64,000 nucleotides of DNA, taken from an uncultured virus (IMG/VR IMGVR_UViG_3300012983_000043) (Duplodnaviria > Heunggongvirae > Uroviricota > Caudoviricetes). Within the stretch, counting starts at the first letter, position 1; each line of letters starts with the position of its first letter. The position numbers and the translations under genes were made by a program. Below the pieces are notes generated by a model. The model was not told the DNA's origin, did no database searches, and saw nothing but the letters and a program-made list of their open reading frames with translations. The stretch lies in the IMG/VR virus record IMGVR_UViG_3300012983_000043, one strand, 5' to 3'. This document shows positions 33,652-41,938 of the stretch, one piece after another.

Positions 33652-34542
33652 TTAACCGCGTTTTTTGCCACGTGATGATTTATATTCAGGCAAATAGCAT
33701 TTACATAATCCAACAAAATTTGCCTATGAATATTGATAATCAAAATGTTCTTTAAATTTCTACCATCCATGATTGACATAATATTCATACATAGGTCTTA
33801 ATTCAGCAATTCGTTTTGGTTTGATTTCATTTTCACGTTTTTTCATGTAAAAATGCTTAAGCATCATCTTTCCATGTTCATTTAGTGGTTTTCCACGTTT
33901 TTCAAAACTAAATGGAATTGGATCATCTTTATTGATATATTTGACTTCATTAGTATTTGGATTAAATATTTTGCATTTATTTTTAGTGCTTTGTGAAAAT
34001 TCTTTCAATTGAGATATTACTTTATCAGTTATAGTCTAATACATTCCATATTCCCAACCATCAGGAAGCATTTCTGATTTAAGAATGACTTTTGATTCTT
34101 TCGTTGTTGGATTGCGAATCCAACAACGCTTCTTCATTGGATTATTTTCTCCTTTATTTGCTTCACTTGCAATTTTTGAAGCAAGCTTTCCAAATTCTTC
34201 TCTAGCCTATTGATAGTCTTCAGACATCAAAATGAAATCTCTCAATTCTTTTCGACTTCCATTTACAGTTCCTTTGTGCATGTTCATCAATGCACAAAGC
34301 ATCTAATCATGAAATTCATCATCATGATGAATGATCCAAAGATACACATGAGCCATAAAATGCTCTTTTGCAAGAAGAGCTATTTTATTCTCTTCAACAT
34401 CTAAACCATTCATTGAAGTTGGAATGATATGATGTATCTCTATTCTTCCTGGATGTTCTTTTGACTTAATCAAGACATTCTATTTTCTATATGCAACTAA
34501 GTCATTATAAGCTTTCTAAGCTTCTTCTTTTGTCATTGTCAT
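33652..34542 (-). CDS. HNH homing-type endonuclease, TAG-recoded
   Basis: EIHHIIPTSMNG.D...N...L.AKEHFMAH; multiple in-frame TAG; GTAAATA at 34580-34586. Confidence 0.8.
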
Positions 34543-34647
34543 TTTCTTTTTACCTTTTCTGTCATTGCTGTGACATTTTTATTTACTTTTTTATATAAAA
34601 TAATATACCCAAATCTGTTGGCAGCAACCATGAGTTTGGGTATAAAA

Positions 34648-34797
34648 TGGTCACAGTGATGAGAGTTGAACTCACTTAACCCTGATTATGGAGCTGGGTG
34701 AGGATTCCGAGACCTCATATTCCGTCTTACAAGGACGGCTCTTAACCGTTCAGACAACCCAGCAAAGTCAGGTGCATATCCGTTTTGCTACACTGTG
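34648..34797 (-). tRNA. tRNA-Lys(UUU), split in the anticodon by a nested tRNA-Thr (halves 34764-34797 and 34648-34688)
   Basis: CACAGTG...CCTGA-CTTT | TAA-TCAGG...CACTGTG-A-CCA. Confidence 0.88.
34689..34763 (-). tRNA. tRNA-Thr(UGU) nested inside tRNA-Lys
   Basis: GCTGGGT/ACCCAGC-T-CCA; CCGTC-CTTGTAA-GACGG. Confidence 0.88.
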
Positions 34798-34806
34798 CAA
34801 TAAATT

Positions 34807-34897
34807 TGGTCGCCAGAACGAGAGTTGCACTCGTACACAGTTTTTAACCTGCACTGGATTTTGAGTCCAGCTCGTCTGCTTATTCCGACATCTGGCG
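34807..34897 (-). tRNA. tRNA-Leu(CAA)
   Basis: CTGGA-CTCAAAA-TCCAG, long variable arm, ACCA. Confidence 0.9.
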
Positions 34898-34921
34898 AAA
34901 TCATCTTTATTCTATCAAAAA

Positions 34922-35443
34922 TCAATCTTCTTTAAACAACTTCTTGTCAGCATTCAACTTCTTTGCTGCATCCATGAATTCATTCAACCTGTCTTTCACT
35001 TCAAGAAGACTTCTTTTCAAATCATAGTTCTCTTCTTCTACCTCTAGAATCCGTCTTGACATATCCGACACCAGCTTATGCTGTGCATCATCACTGACAG
35101 AGACATTTGCAATCAAGTCTCTGATGCAAGAGGGCTCTTGCTCAAGCTCTGCAACATATCCCTCTGTCTCTAGTCTGATGAGAAGCTCATGAATGTCTTT
35201 AGCATTGAAATCATGTATCAATTCAGTGTGGTCTTCAAGTATGATGCTCTTCCGCTGTTTAATGTCAAGACTGTTGAGTTTTGCAATTCTTGTGTATCTT
35301 CTGGTATGCAAGAAGATGCGTCCAATGTTCATGTCATCATAGAACACAACATGACCTAAGTTCTTCATGTCATCAAGCTTGGCAATTGCCAAATCAGACC
35401 AGTCATCATCAACTAAAAGGACATATTTTGTCTTTTCACTCAT
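34922..35443 (-). CDS. hypothetical protein, internal tag plus coiled coil
   Basis: KDIHELLIRLE; layout like 24927-25352. Confidence 0.7.
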   Translation of the reverse strand: MSEKTKYVLLVDDDWSDLAIAKLDDMKNLGHVVFYDDMNIGRIFLHTRRYTRIAKLNSLDIKQRKSIILEDHTELIHDFNAKDIHELLIRLETEGYVAELEQEPSCIRDLIANVSVSDDAQHKLVSDMSRRILEVEEENYDLKRSLLEVKDRLNEFMDAAKKLNADKKLFKED

Positions 35444-35988
35444 CAGTGAACTCCAGCTTTCAAGTCTGCCCAGACTATCAGTTCGTCAATTGATGAGACA
35501 TCAGGCGTCTTGTATTCAGAATATTTTTTAATTTCATGCAGTGGTCTATTGATCAATCTATCTGCTACAGCGTCAAACAGAACATTGAATCTCATTGTTG
35601 CAGCTGTGCCGTAATTGCACTTTATTGCGTCTGACACAGCTCGATTGATTCTGCTGAACACAACATTCACTAGCTTTCTTTCATCAAGATGGAATTCACT
35701 GACTAGCTCTTCAAGAGAGACAATCTGCTCTCTAAGCATGATGCGTGGATTTGCCTTTTTGAAGAGAGAATCTACTTTGCCAAATGATCCAATGTCATCA
35801 CTCCATCGATTGTATGACAAGCGGTAGTAGTTGTTGCTAGTGTCTTTCACTCTGAAGAAGAATCTGTTCTTGAGGCTGGTTGCATTCACATAGAAGACTG
35901 GCTTGCCAGCTGGCACAACGGCCGCTGCAAATGCATAGATGAATTGCTTCATCTCTTCAAAAGAATGTCTTTTGCTAGTTGTCTTCAT
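35443..35988 (-). CDS. hypothetical protein with C-terminal tag
   Basis: SSIDELIVWADLKAGVH; start approximate. Confidence 0.7.
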   Translation of the reverse strand: MKTTSKRHSFEEMKQFIYAFAAAVVPAGKPVFYVNATSLKNRFFFRVKDTSNNYYRLSYNRWSDDIGSFGKVDSLFKKANPRIMLREQIVSLEELVSEFHLDERKLVNVVFSRINRAVSDAIKCNYGTAATMRFNVLFDAVADRLINRPLHEIKKYSEYKTPDVSSIDELIVWADLKAGVH

Positions 35989-36139
35989 GTGTCTGATCTC
36001 AAAAAACTTGCATGCACCTATCACCGCATGCATTCATGCTGGAGACATATTGTCCAAGCATAGAATGAATGCATGCTCTTGTATGTTAGTTGTTGTGTCA
36101 CTGGAGTTGACGAAGCGTCCACGCTTTTGCATGCAATGC

Positions 36140-36286
36140 TGGCATCCCTGAGAGGACTCGGACCTCCAACCACAAGCTTATGATGCCAAGCGCAAGACTC
36201 GAACTTGCATTTTCCTAATATGCTAGGATGTCTTGCATTAGACGAACTTGACGAAGGCTCGTGCTCTTCCATTGAGCTACAGGGAC
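36140..36286 (-). tRNA. tRNA-Arg(UCU), split in the anticodon (halves 36253-36286 and 36140-36180)
   Basis: GTCCCTG-TA-GCTC..GAGC-A-CGAGC-CTTC | TAA-GCTTG...CAGGGAT-G-CCA. Confidence 0.88.
36181..36252 (-). ncRNA. 72-nt tRNA-like insert without a canonical anticodon loop
   Basis: GTCAAGT/GCTTGGC acceptor, GTCT/AGAC D-stem, TCCTAG-CATA-TTAGGA, GCAAG-TTCGAGT-CTTGC, ends A-TCA. Confidence 0.85.
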
Positions 36287-36294
36287 TTCAAACA

Positions 36295-36763
36295 TCACTT
36301 GTTCTTGCCGCGGCCCTTCTCCTTGCGCCGCTTGATCTCCTTGTGCACGCCCGGAGCAGTTCCCTTTGCCCACTCTTCAAGCACAGCATTTGACACGCAC
36401 CTGACAACGGGCTTGATCTTTGTCAAGAAGTAGTATTGCTTGCTTGAACGGTTCTTCACTGGCGGGACATGTGTTCCTGGAATCTGAATCATCTTTTGTT
36501 CTCCAATTTATTTTGTTTCAATTATATCAAATTCTTCTCAAGTCTTTCACTCAAGCATTGTAGATCTGGCCCTTCCAGCGATATACATTCTGGCGCTCAA
36601 TCTTGCCAGTCCTCTTGTTCTTGTATGTCTTTGATGACTGCCCATATGCAATCTCTACACCAGTTGCTCCAGCAGGAATCAATGTCTTAGATGTCTCTGC
36701 ATCCCAGACAGGATATTTAGTCGGCTTGCCAAGCGGCTTGAAGTCATATTCATTCATAGTAGT
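36295..36763 (-). CDS. two small hypothetical genes (36295-36492, about 36551-36757)
   Basis: Track ORFs, RBS, promoter element between them. Confidence 0.55.
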
Positions 36764-36937
36764 TTCCTTTTCACTTTCCATAGATTCCAAAGATCAAGAT
36801 GACAATGAATGCAATGATGCCAAGCACACAACCGCATCCGGCTCGAATTGCATCATCACGAGCAAACTCTTCTTTTTCTTGTTGGTTGTCATTCATGGTT
36901 GAATTATATCATATTGCATATGATTCTTTAACTCAAT

Positions 36938-37012
36938 TGGTGCCTCTGCTAGGAATTGAACCTAGCTTACATGGATGAAAACCATGTGTACTAACCGCTA
37001 TACGACAGAGGC
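36938..37012 (-). tRNA. tRNA-Glu(UUC)
   Basis: CATGG-TTTTCAT-CCATG; GCCTCTG/CAGAGGC-A-CCA. Confidence 0.92.
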
Positions 37013-37066
37013 AATTTAATTGATTGTCTTGATTTCAGACAAAATAGCAGTCATATTTGCATAGCA

Positions 37067-37504
37067 TCAAGCATCATATACAGGACCGCCTTGTTCAGAG
37101 CCGCCGCCATTGACAAGAATTGTTTCATCTTGTCTTCCATCACTGATCCTGTCAAGCGCATTCTTCAATATAGTGTCAAATGCATCACCGCTTAATGCAG
37201 ATGAAAGTGCATCAGGCAATTCATTAGTAAGCACTTGCTCTGCTATTCTTGCAACTTCTTCTTCAAGAGCTTCCGTCAATGCATCTTGCACAGCTTGTCC
37301 GACAATAGACGATATCTGTGGCGTGAGCTCATTCTTCACTTTTGCTTTTATGTAGTTAGAGTAAGTTCCGACCTGAAGCTTCTTTGACTCAAATGGATAT
37401 TTTCCACCTGTGTGGTCTGACACAAGAAGCAGGTCATTGTTGTCAATGCTCGACTATGCCATCTCTGGCAGCTGTGATATCTTGAAAGACTTAGTTGTTG
37501 CCAT
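37067..37504 (-). CDS. hypothetical late-type protein, TAG-recoded
   Basis: MATTKSFKISQLPEMA(Q)SSIDNNDLLLVSD continues into the track ORF. Confidence 0.65.
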
Positions 37505-37751
37505 TTTCATTTGCCTCATTGCATTCTTCTTTTGTCAGCCTGAACTTCTCTAATTCATCTAGAAAGAACTTATCACCGAATTCATTTATCAACCAGCAAT
37601 ACTCATCATAGTCGGGTGACTCTTCTGGTATGCCTCCGCCAATGACATAAGGCGCAAACTTTCTTGCAATTGCTTGTGCTCTCATCAGACGAGCATATGC
37701 AGCTTGCCGCTGCTAGTTGATCTTCCACCAATATATCTAAGTAGCTGTCAT
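37491..37751 (-). CDS. hypothetical protein, TAG-recoded
   Basis: MTAT(Q)IYWWKIN(Q)QRQAAYARLMRAQ...; GTAAATA at 37757-37763. Confidence 0.65.
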
Positions 37752-37770
37752 GATTTTATTTACTTCAAGT

Positions 37771-37864
37771 TGGTGACAGGGGATGGATTCGAACCACCGA
37801 TGTTTACCACTTAGGTACGAGTTTTACAGACTCGCGTCTTCGGCCAGCTAGACAAAACCCTGCC
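37771..37864 (-). tRNA. tRNA-Tyr(GUA)
   Basis: CGAGT-CTGTAAA-ACTCG, long variable arm, GTTCGAAT, ACCA. Confidence 0.9.
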
Positions 37865-37876
37865 AATAAACTCAAA

Positions 37877-37952
37877 TGGTAGGCGATGAGTGAGTCGAAC
37901 ACTCCTAAGCTCCTTATAAGAGAGCAGTAATCAACCGATATACGAATCGCCC
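37877..37952 (-). tRNA. tRNA-Ile(UAU)
   Basis: GCTCT-CTTATAA-GGAGC; GTTCGACT; ACCA. Confidence 0.88.
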
Positions 37953-38137
37953 ATAAATCGCGGAGGGTTTTTTGTTGAGCCATCACATAAATGTGCTTGC
38001 GGCGTTATATTCAACATAATGAGCTTAACATCACGTCTAATGAAACTCCAACCCACAACTTCTTGCAAGTGACTGCTGTGTCTCAAGCAGCTTTCATTGA
38101 CATATTATCAAATTTCATTTGACTTTAAACTAAATTC

Positions 38138-38211
38138 TGGAGCGCCGTGCGGATCCCGAGACCGCATATCCAGCTTGGAAGGCTGGCATTCTGCCTTTGA
38201 ATTAACAGCGC
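38138..38211 (-). tRNA. tRNA-Gly(UCC)
   Basis: CCAGC-CTTCCAA-GCTGG; GCG start, T-CCA end. Confidence 0.9.
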
Positions 38212-38225
38212 ATACATTAAAAAGA

Positions 38226-38490
38226 ATGCTCACATATCTGACTGGAACTTGCAACAAATGAGGTACCTAAGTCAGCAAGCCTTCGGCGCTATTCACCAAA
38301 CTGTTCAGTATTCCATTATTGATGCTTTAATAGACACATCTTTCAATTTTCAGGTATGCACCTTCGCAATCAGCATGACTCTCAGTTGTCTGCTCACCTT
38401 AGATATGGGGCATTTGACTCCCCAATGAGGTGTAAGGCTGCCGTTGAAGCATTAAGCATACGAGGTCTGACTCCCTCTCTACATGAGCAT
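38226..38490 (-). ncRNA. candidate ~265-nt structured RNA
   Basis: ORF-free; closed by ATGCTCATGTA/TATGTGAGCAT helix; internal GGG/CCC and CTGACT/AGTCAG complements. Confidence 0.45.
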
Positions 38491-38539
38491 AATAAAACTA
38501 ATTTTTGTAATAAGATTTAAACTTACAATCTTATTATAC

Positions 38540-39349
38540 TTAAGAACAATTTCTAAAAATATTTTCAAGCTATTTAACTACATTGTTTTTAGGACGAATT
38601 CTTATAGTCATATAGCCATTCTTCAATGCAATTTCATCTTTTTGCTTATCTGCTATATTTCCTTCAGGATGCCAAAATTCTCCATCAATTTCAATAAATA
38701 GCTTTTTTAAAGGAATATAAAAATCTACAAAACGTTTTATATTTTCAAAACAAAATTCTTTTTGGTGTTCAAAAATAATATTATGCTTTGATAACCAATC
38801 AAATGCAACTTGTTCAGGATAAGTCATCTATTTTCTATTTCCTGCTAATTTACGATTAGGATGTTTTTCAGGATGTTCTGTATAAAACTTCTTCTTTTTT
38901 TCTGACTAAGCTTTACGTTTTTCATCTGTCCAATATAATGAAGAACATCTATTTATTATAGATCCATTTGCTATACCTTCTTTCATAGCAATTGAAACTG
39001 CTTTAGAATTACGTTTTACACGTTCATCGGTTTCTTTTGTAAGACCTTTATTCCAAGCATATATTCTTCCATCTTCTCCAATTTTAACATGATTATTATG
39101 AATATGTTTTTGTAATTCATTTTTTGTTTTACAAATCTTATTACAATGTTTACATTTCCATGTTCCAAATGGAGCAGTCTGTTTAGAATGATCCTATTTT
39201 ATTCCACGTCTCTTTAAACCAAGAGCAATATAATCAATGGATAATGATGCCATTGCACTAGCACAGGATTTTGAACAAAATCTTCCAGAACCATAAGATC
39301 CATCATGTTCTTTTTTACATTTTGGATTTTCACAAATATATTTTTTCAT
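38540..39349 (-). CDS. Vsr/DUF559-like (EDxHD-type) endonuclease with zinc-finger N-terminus, TAG-recoded
   Basis: CENPKC..HDGSYGSGRFCSKSC; TYPE...FVDFY...IEIDGEFWH...KD; GTAAATA at 39355-39361. Confidence 0.8.
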
Positions 39350-39389
39350 AAAAATATTTACTCAAGCGCATTACTAAACTCATCTAAAT

Positions 39390-39465
39390 TGGTCGGAGCG
39401 CCAGGTGCTGCCCCTGGACCTTCGGTTCCCAAAACCGGCGTGCAAAGCTGTTATACCACGCTCCG
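39390..39465 (-). tRNA. tRNA-Pro(UGG)
   Basis: CCGGT-TTTGGGA-ACCGA; CGGAGCG/CGCTCCG-A-CCA; atypical GGCAGCA T-loop. Confidence 0.88.
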
Positions 39466-39472
39466 AAATCAA

Positions 39473-39620
39473 TGGTGGACCTGATCGGTGCTGCCCCGAT
39501 TCAATGATGCTTGAGGAGCTGAGACTAAGACTCGAACTTAGATCTTCCTAAGTTGCTAGGATGTCTTGCATTAGACGACCTCAACCAAAGCACCCGTGTT
39601 TGCTGATTCACTACAGGCCC
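39473..39620 (-). tRNA. tRNA-Ala(UGC), split in the anticodon (halves 39586-39620 and 39473-39513)
   Basis: GGGCCTG/CAGGTCC-A-CCA with G3:U70; GGTGC-TTTG | CAA-GCATC. Confidence 0.88.
39514..39585 (-). ncRNA. 72-nt tRNA-like insert, homolog of 36181-36252
   Basis: GTTGAGG/TCTCAGC acceptor; shares CGTCTAATGCAAGACATCCTAGCA..TTAGGAA and AAGTTCGAGTCTT; ends T-CCT. Confidence 0.85.
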
Positions 39621-39630
39621 AAATAAAATT

Positions 39631-39785
39631 CTCATGTGGGTGGACTCGAACCACCAAGCTTTCGCGGCAGATTATGGACGATCTATCTGGAGTTGCACCA
39701 GAATCGCAGCCATTCTCATGATTGCATTCTACTATTTAACTATAGACCGACAGTCTGCTGAGGCTACCGATTTCTCCACACATGA
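39631..39785 (-). tRNA. tRNA-Asn(GUU), split in the anticodon (halves 39750-39785 and 39631-39674)
   Basis: TCATGTG/CACATGA-G; GCAGA-CTGT | TAA-TCTGC; GGTGG-TTCGAGT-CCACC; CCA not encoded. Confidence 0.85.
39675..39749 (-). ncRNA. 75-nt tRNA-like insert
   Basis: CGGTCTA/TAGATCG-T-CCA; TCTGG-TGCAACT-CCAGA; extended irregular anticodon arm. Confidence 0.8.
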
Positions 39786-39795
39786 ATAAATTGTT

Positions 39796-39919
39796 TGGTC
39801 CGGCAAGGAGACCACTACTTCTCCAATGCTAAGCTTTCACATATGATCATGCACTTAGCGCCCACCTCAATGCGGGTGTGTCTATGGCGAGACTCTACGT
39901 CTCTTTGCACCATTGCCGA
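39796..39919 (-). ncRNA. 124-nt enlarged tRNA-like RNA
   Basis: TCGGCAA/TTGCCGG-A-CCA; GGAGA/TCTCC; extra GAGAC/GTCTC hairpin; CCCGC-ATTGAG-GTGGG; long GCTAAG/CTTAGC arm. Confidence 0.65.
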
Positions 39920-39923
39920 AATT

Positions 39924-40085
39924 TAGCGGGTGTGGGAAATGCTCCCAACGTGGATGTTATCCGGGAGGTTTGGACAATCGGTCAAGACTCGAACTTGAAT
40001 TGCTTTCTACTTAATTCAAAAGTGTTTTACATCTTAAACTACCGGTTGATGGGCCTCCTGACTTTGACTTCTAGTCTAACCCGCA
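39924..40085 (-). tRNA. initiator-like tRNA-Met(CAU), split in the anticodon loop (halves 40049-40085 and 39924-39970)
   Basis: GCGGGT/ACCCGC with 1:72 mismatch; GGAGG-CCCAT | AA-CCTCC. Confidence 0.82.
39971..40048 (-). ncRNA. 78-nt tRNA-like insert
   Basis: CAACCGG/CCGATTG-T-CCA; GTTT/AAAC D-stem; TCAAG-TTCGAGT-CTTGA; irregular anticodon arm. Confidence 0.8.
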
Positions 40086-40329
40086 ATTAAATTCTCTATT
40101 CAGAAGCTCACAACTTCTGACAAACCAACTTCAATTTTCAAAGAACAATTATATTATACATCAATGCCAAAGCATTATATACTTTTATTTCATCTTAGGG
40201 CACTTGTAGTTTGCATGATTGTCAACTGCAGGACACAGAGCATTGTCTTTGCATGCTTCACATGTCTGCTTGCTTGGCTTCACTGCAGGTTTGTCTTTGA
40301 GAATTTTCTTGTTCATATTGTCAATTCAT

Positions 40330-40755
40330 TCAAGTCTTCAAATCAGCTTTGACTTTCAATTCTTCAAGATTGTTGATTATGTATTTTTTGCCAGCAACTT
40401 CTATCATCAAACCCTCATCATCAGCGTCAAACCCATGCAGCACAGCTTTCATCGCCTGATATTTGACATCATCAGGATCACATCTCATATGATATGCAAA
40501 ACTGTCAATGCTGATCACATAATTGATGCTCCATTCAAGTTGGCTGTCATAGTCTTTCCAGATTTTAGAGTCATACAATTCAATGTATGCTTCGCCTGGC
40601 AAAGAATACAGAATATGTTCTTCATCTTCATCATTGTCGGTGTCATCATTGCTTGCATGCAAAACACTGTTATGGTCTATGAACAATGAATCAATGCCCA
40701 GCAATGCACATAGTCCATCATACAATTTAGATGCATTTTTTCTTGTCAGCTTCAT
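40330..40755 (-). CDS. hypothetical protein with C-terminal tag
   Basis: NNLEELKVKADLKT; paralog of 41939-42373. Confidence 0.75.
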   Translation of the reverse strand: MKLTRKNASKLYDGLCALLGIDSLFIDHNSVLHASNDDTDNDEDEEHILYSLPGEAYIELYDSKIWKDYDSQLEWSINYVISIDSFAYHMRCDPDDVKYQAMKAVLHGFDADDEGLMIEVAGKKYIINNLEELKVKADLKT

Positions 40756-40961
40756 TTGATTCTCTATTCAATTCATTAAAATGCCAAGGGCTTCTAGAAG
40801 TTGATCATTCTTCTAGAAGCCCACCTCTCCCGATGAGAGGCACACCATGCTTGCAAGCCATGGTGCATTTATGCGTTCTGTTCGCTTGCGCTAGCAAGGT
40901 GCATTGCTCCTGCCGGACATCCATCCGGCGTGCCCACAACTGCAACCGGCGTGGACGGATA

Positions 40962-41874
40962 TCAGAAAGTCAAGTCAACATCAATTGTCCGCCAGAACTC
41001 AAGGTCATCCATGAGCTTCGGAAGTGTCTTGAAAGACGGCCTAATCGGCTTTCCATCTTCTTCGATATAGAGAGTGTCGCCCTTCTTGTATAGCTTGCTT
41101 GCACGCTTCACAAGAGGCTTAGTCAGCTGATGGACAACTCGCAGTGCCTTCTTGACATCTTTGAACATCTTCTTCAGCTCAGCATGCTGCTGGACAAACT
41201 CTTTCTTAGTGATGGGCTTCTTCATTATGATCTCCTTTGTTAGTTTGTTTGTTGATTGATTTGATGGTTCAATCATATCAAGACTTGAATGCTGTTTTCA
41301 CTCAAACATTCAATTTTGAAATTTTGATGCTGTTGATGAAATTACAGCACGCATCAATGAACTTGACTACATCAGATTCTGAGATGCATTGCGCATGAAG
41401 TTGCGCATTGAGCTCTTCAAGTCGAGCTTTGAGATTTTGGTTCTCTTCTACAAGCGCGTCATATACAGCAAGATTGCTAGAGTGCATTTGCTTGTAGTGT
41501 TCAAAAAGCTCCTTGAGCTTTGCGTTCTCTACTTCAAGCTTGTCAATGTATGCTCTAACTTCAGGTGTGATTCCAAAGTCTGCATCAGTCCATTCATCTG
41601 CCTTTGGAGCTTTGCTCTCATTCTCAAGCTTTGCAATAGCGTCTTTCAGATACTGCTTGCCTGCATCAAGAATGAACCAGCTGTCCTTGAACTTCTTGAT
41701 GTATCCAGCATTGTGAAGCTGATAGAGAGCATTGCTGATAGACTTCTTGTCCTTGAATGCTTTATTCTTGATCAAGACATCTTTGTCTCCTTCACACAAT
41801 GCATCCTGGTATTTGCTGCATGTAGTCATCCAGAGAAGGATGATCTGAGGCTTTGTGAGTTGTTTAAGCTTCAT
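40962..41874 (-). CDS. two hypothetical genes (40962-about 41225; 41302-41874, wHTH-like plus coiled coil)
   Basis: RBS AAAGGAGA; SISNALYQLHNAGYIKK..WFILDAG. Confidence 0.65.
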
Positions 41875-41938
41875 TTGTTGTTGTCTCCTTGTTTTGTTTT
41901 GACATGTCAATTATATCAATCATGTCCAAATTAATTCA

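Noticed and set aside
36021..36433. Track ORFs overlapping tRNA loci (36021-36272, 37804-37986, 39878-40090)
   Set aside because: They overlap well-formed tRNA structures and lack coding signals
38226..38490. RNase P RNA
   Set aside because: GAGGGAGTCAG only loosely resembles GAGGAAAGTCC, and the 3' conserved region is not placed next to the closing helix
34689..40048. Inserts as group I introns, BHB introns or prophage att duplications
   Set aside because: Far too short for group I, no bulge-helix-bulge at the junctions, and no duplicated tRNA ends
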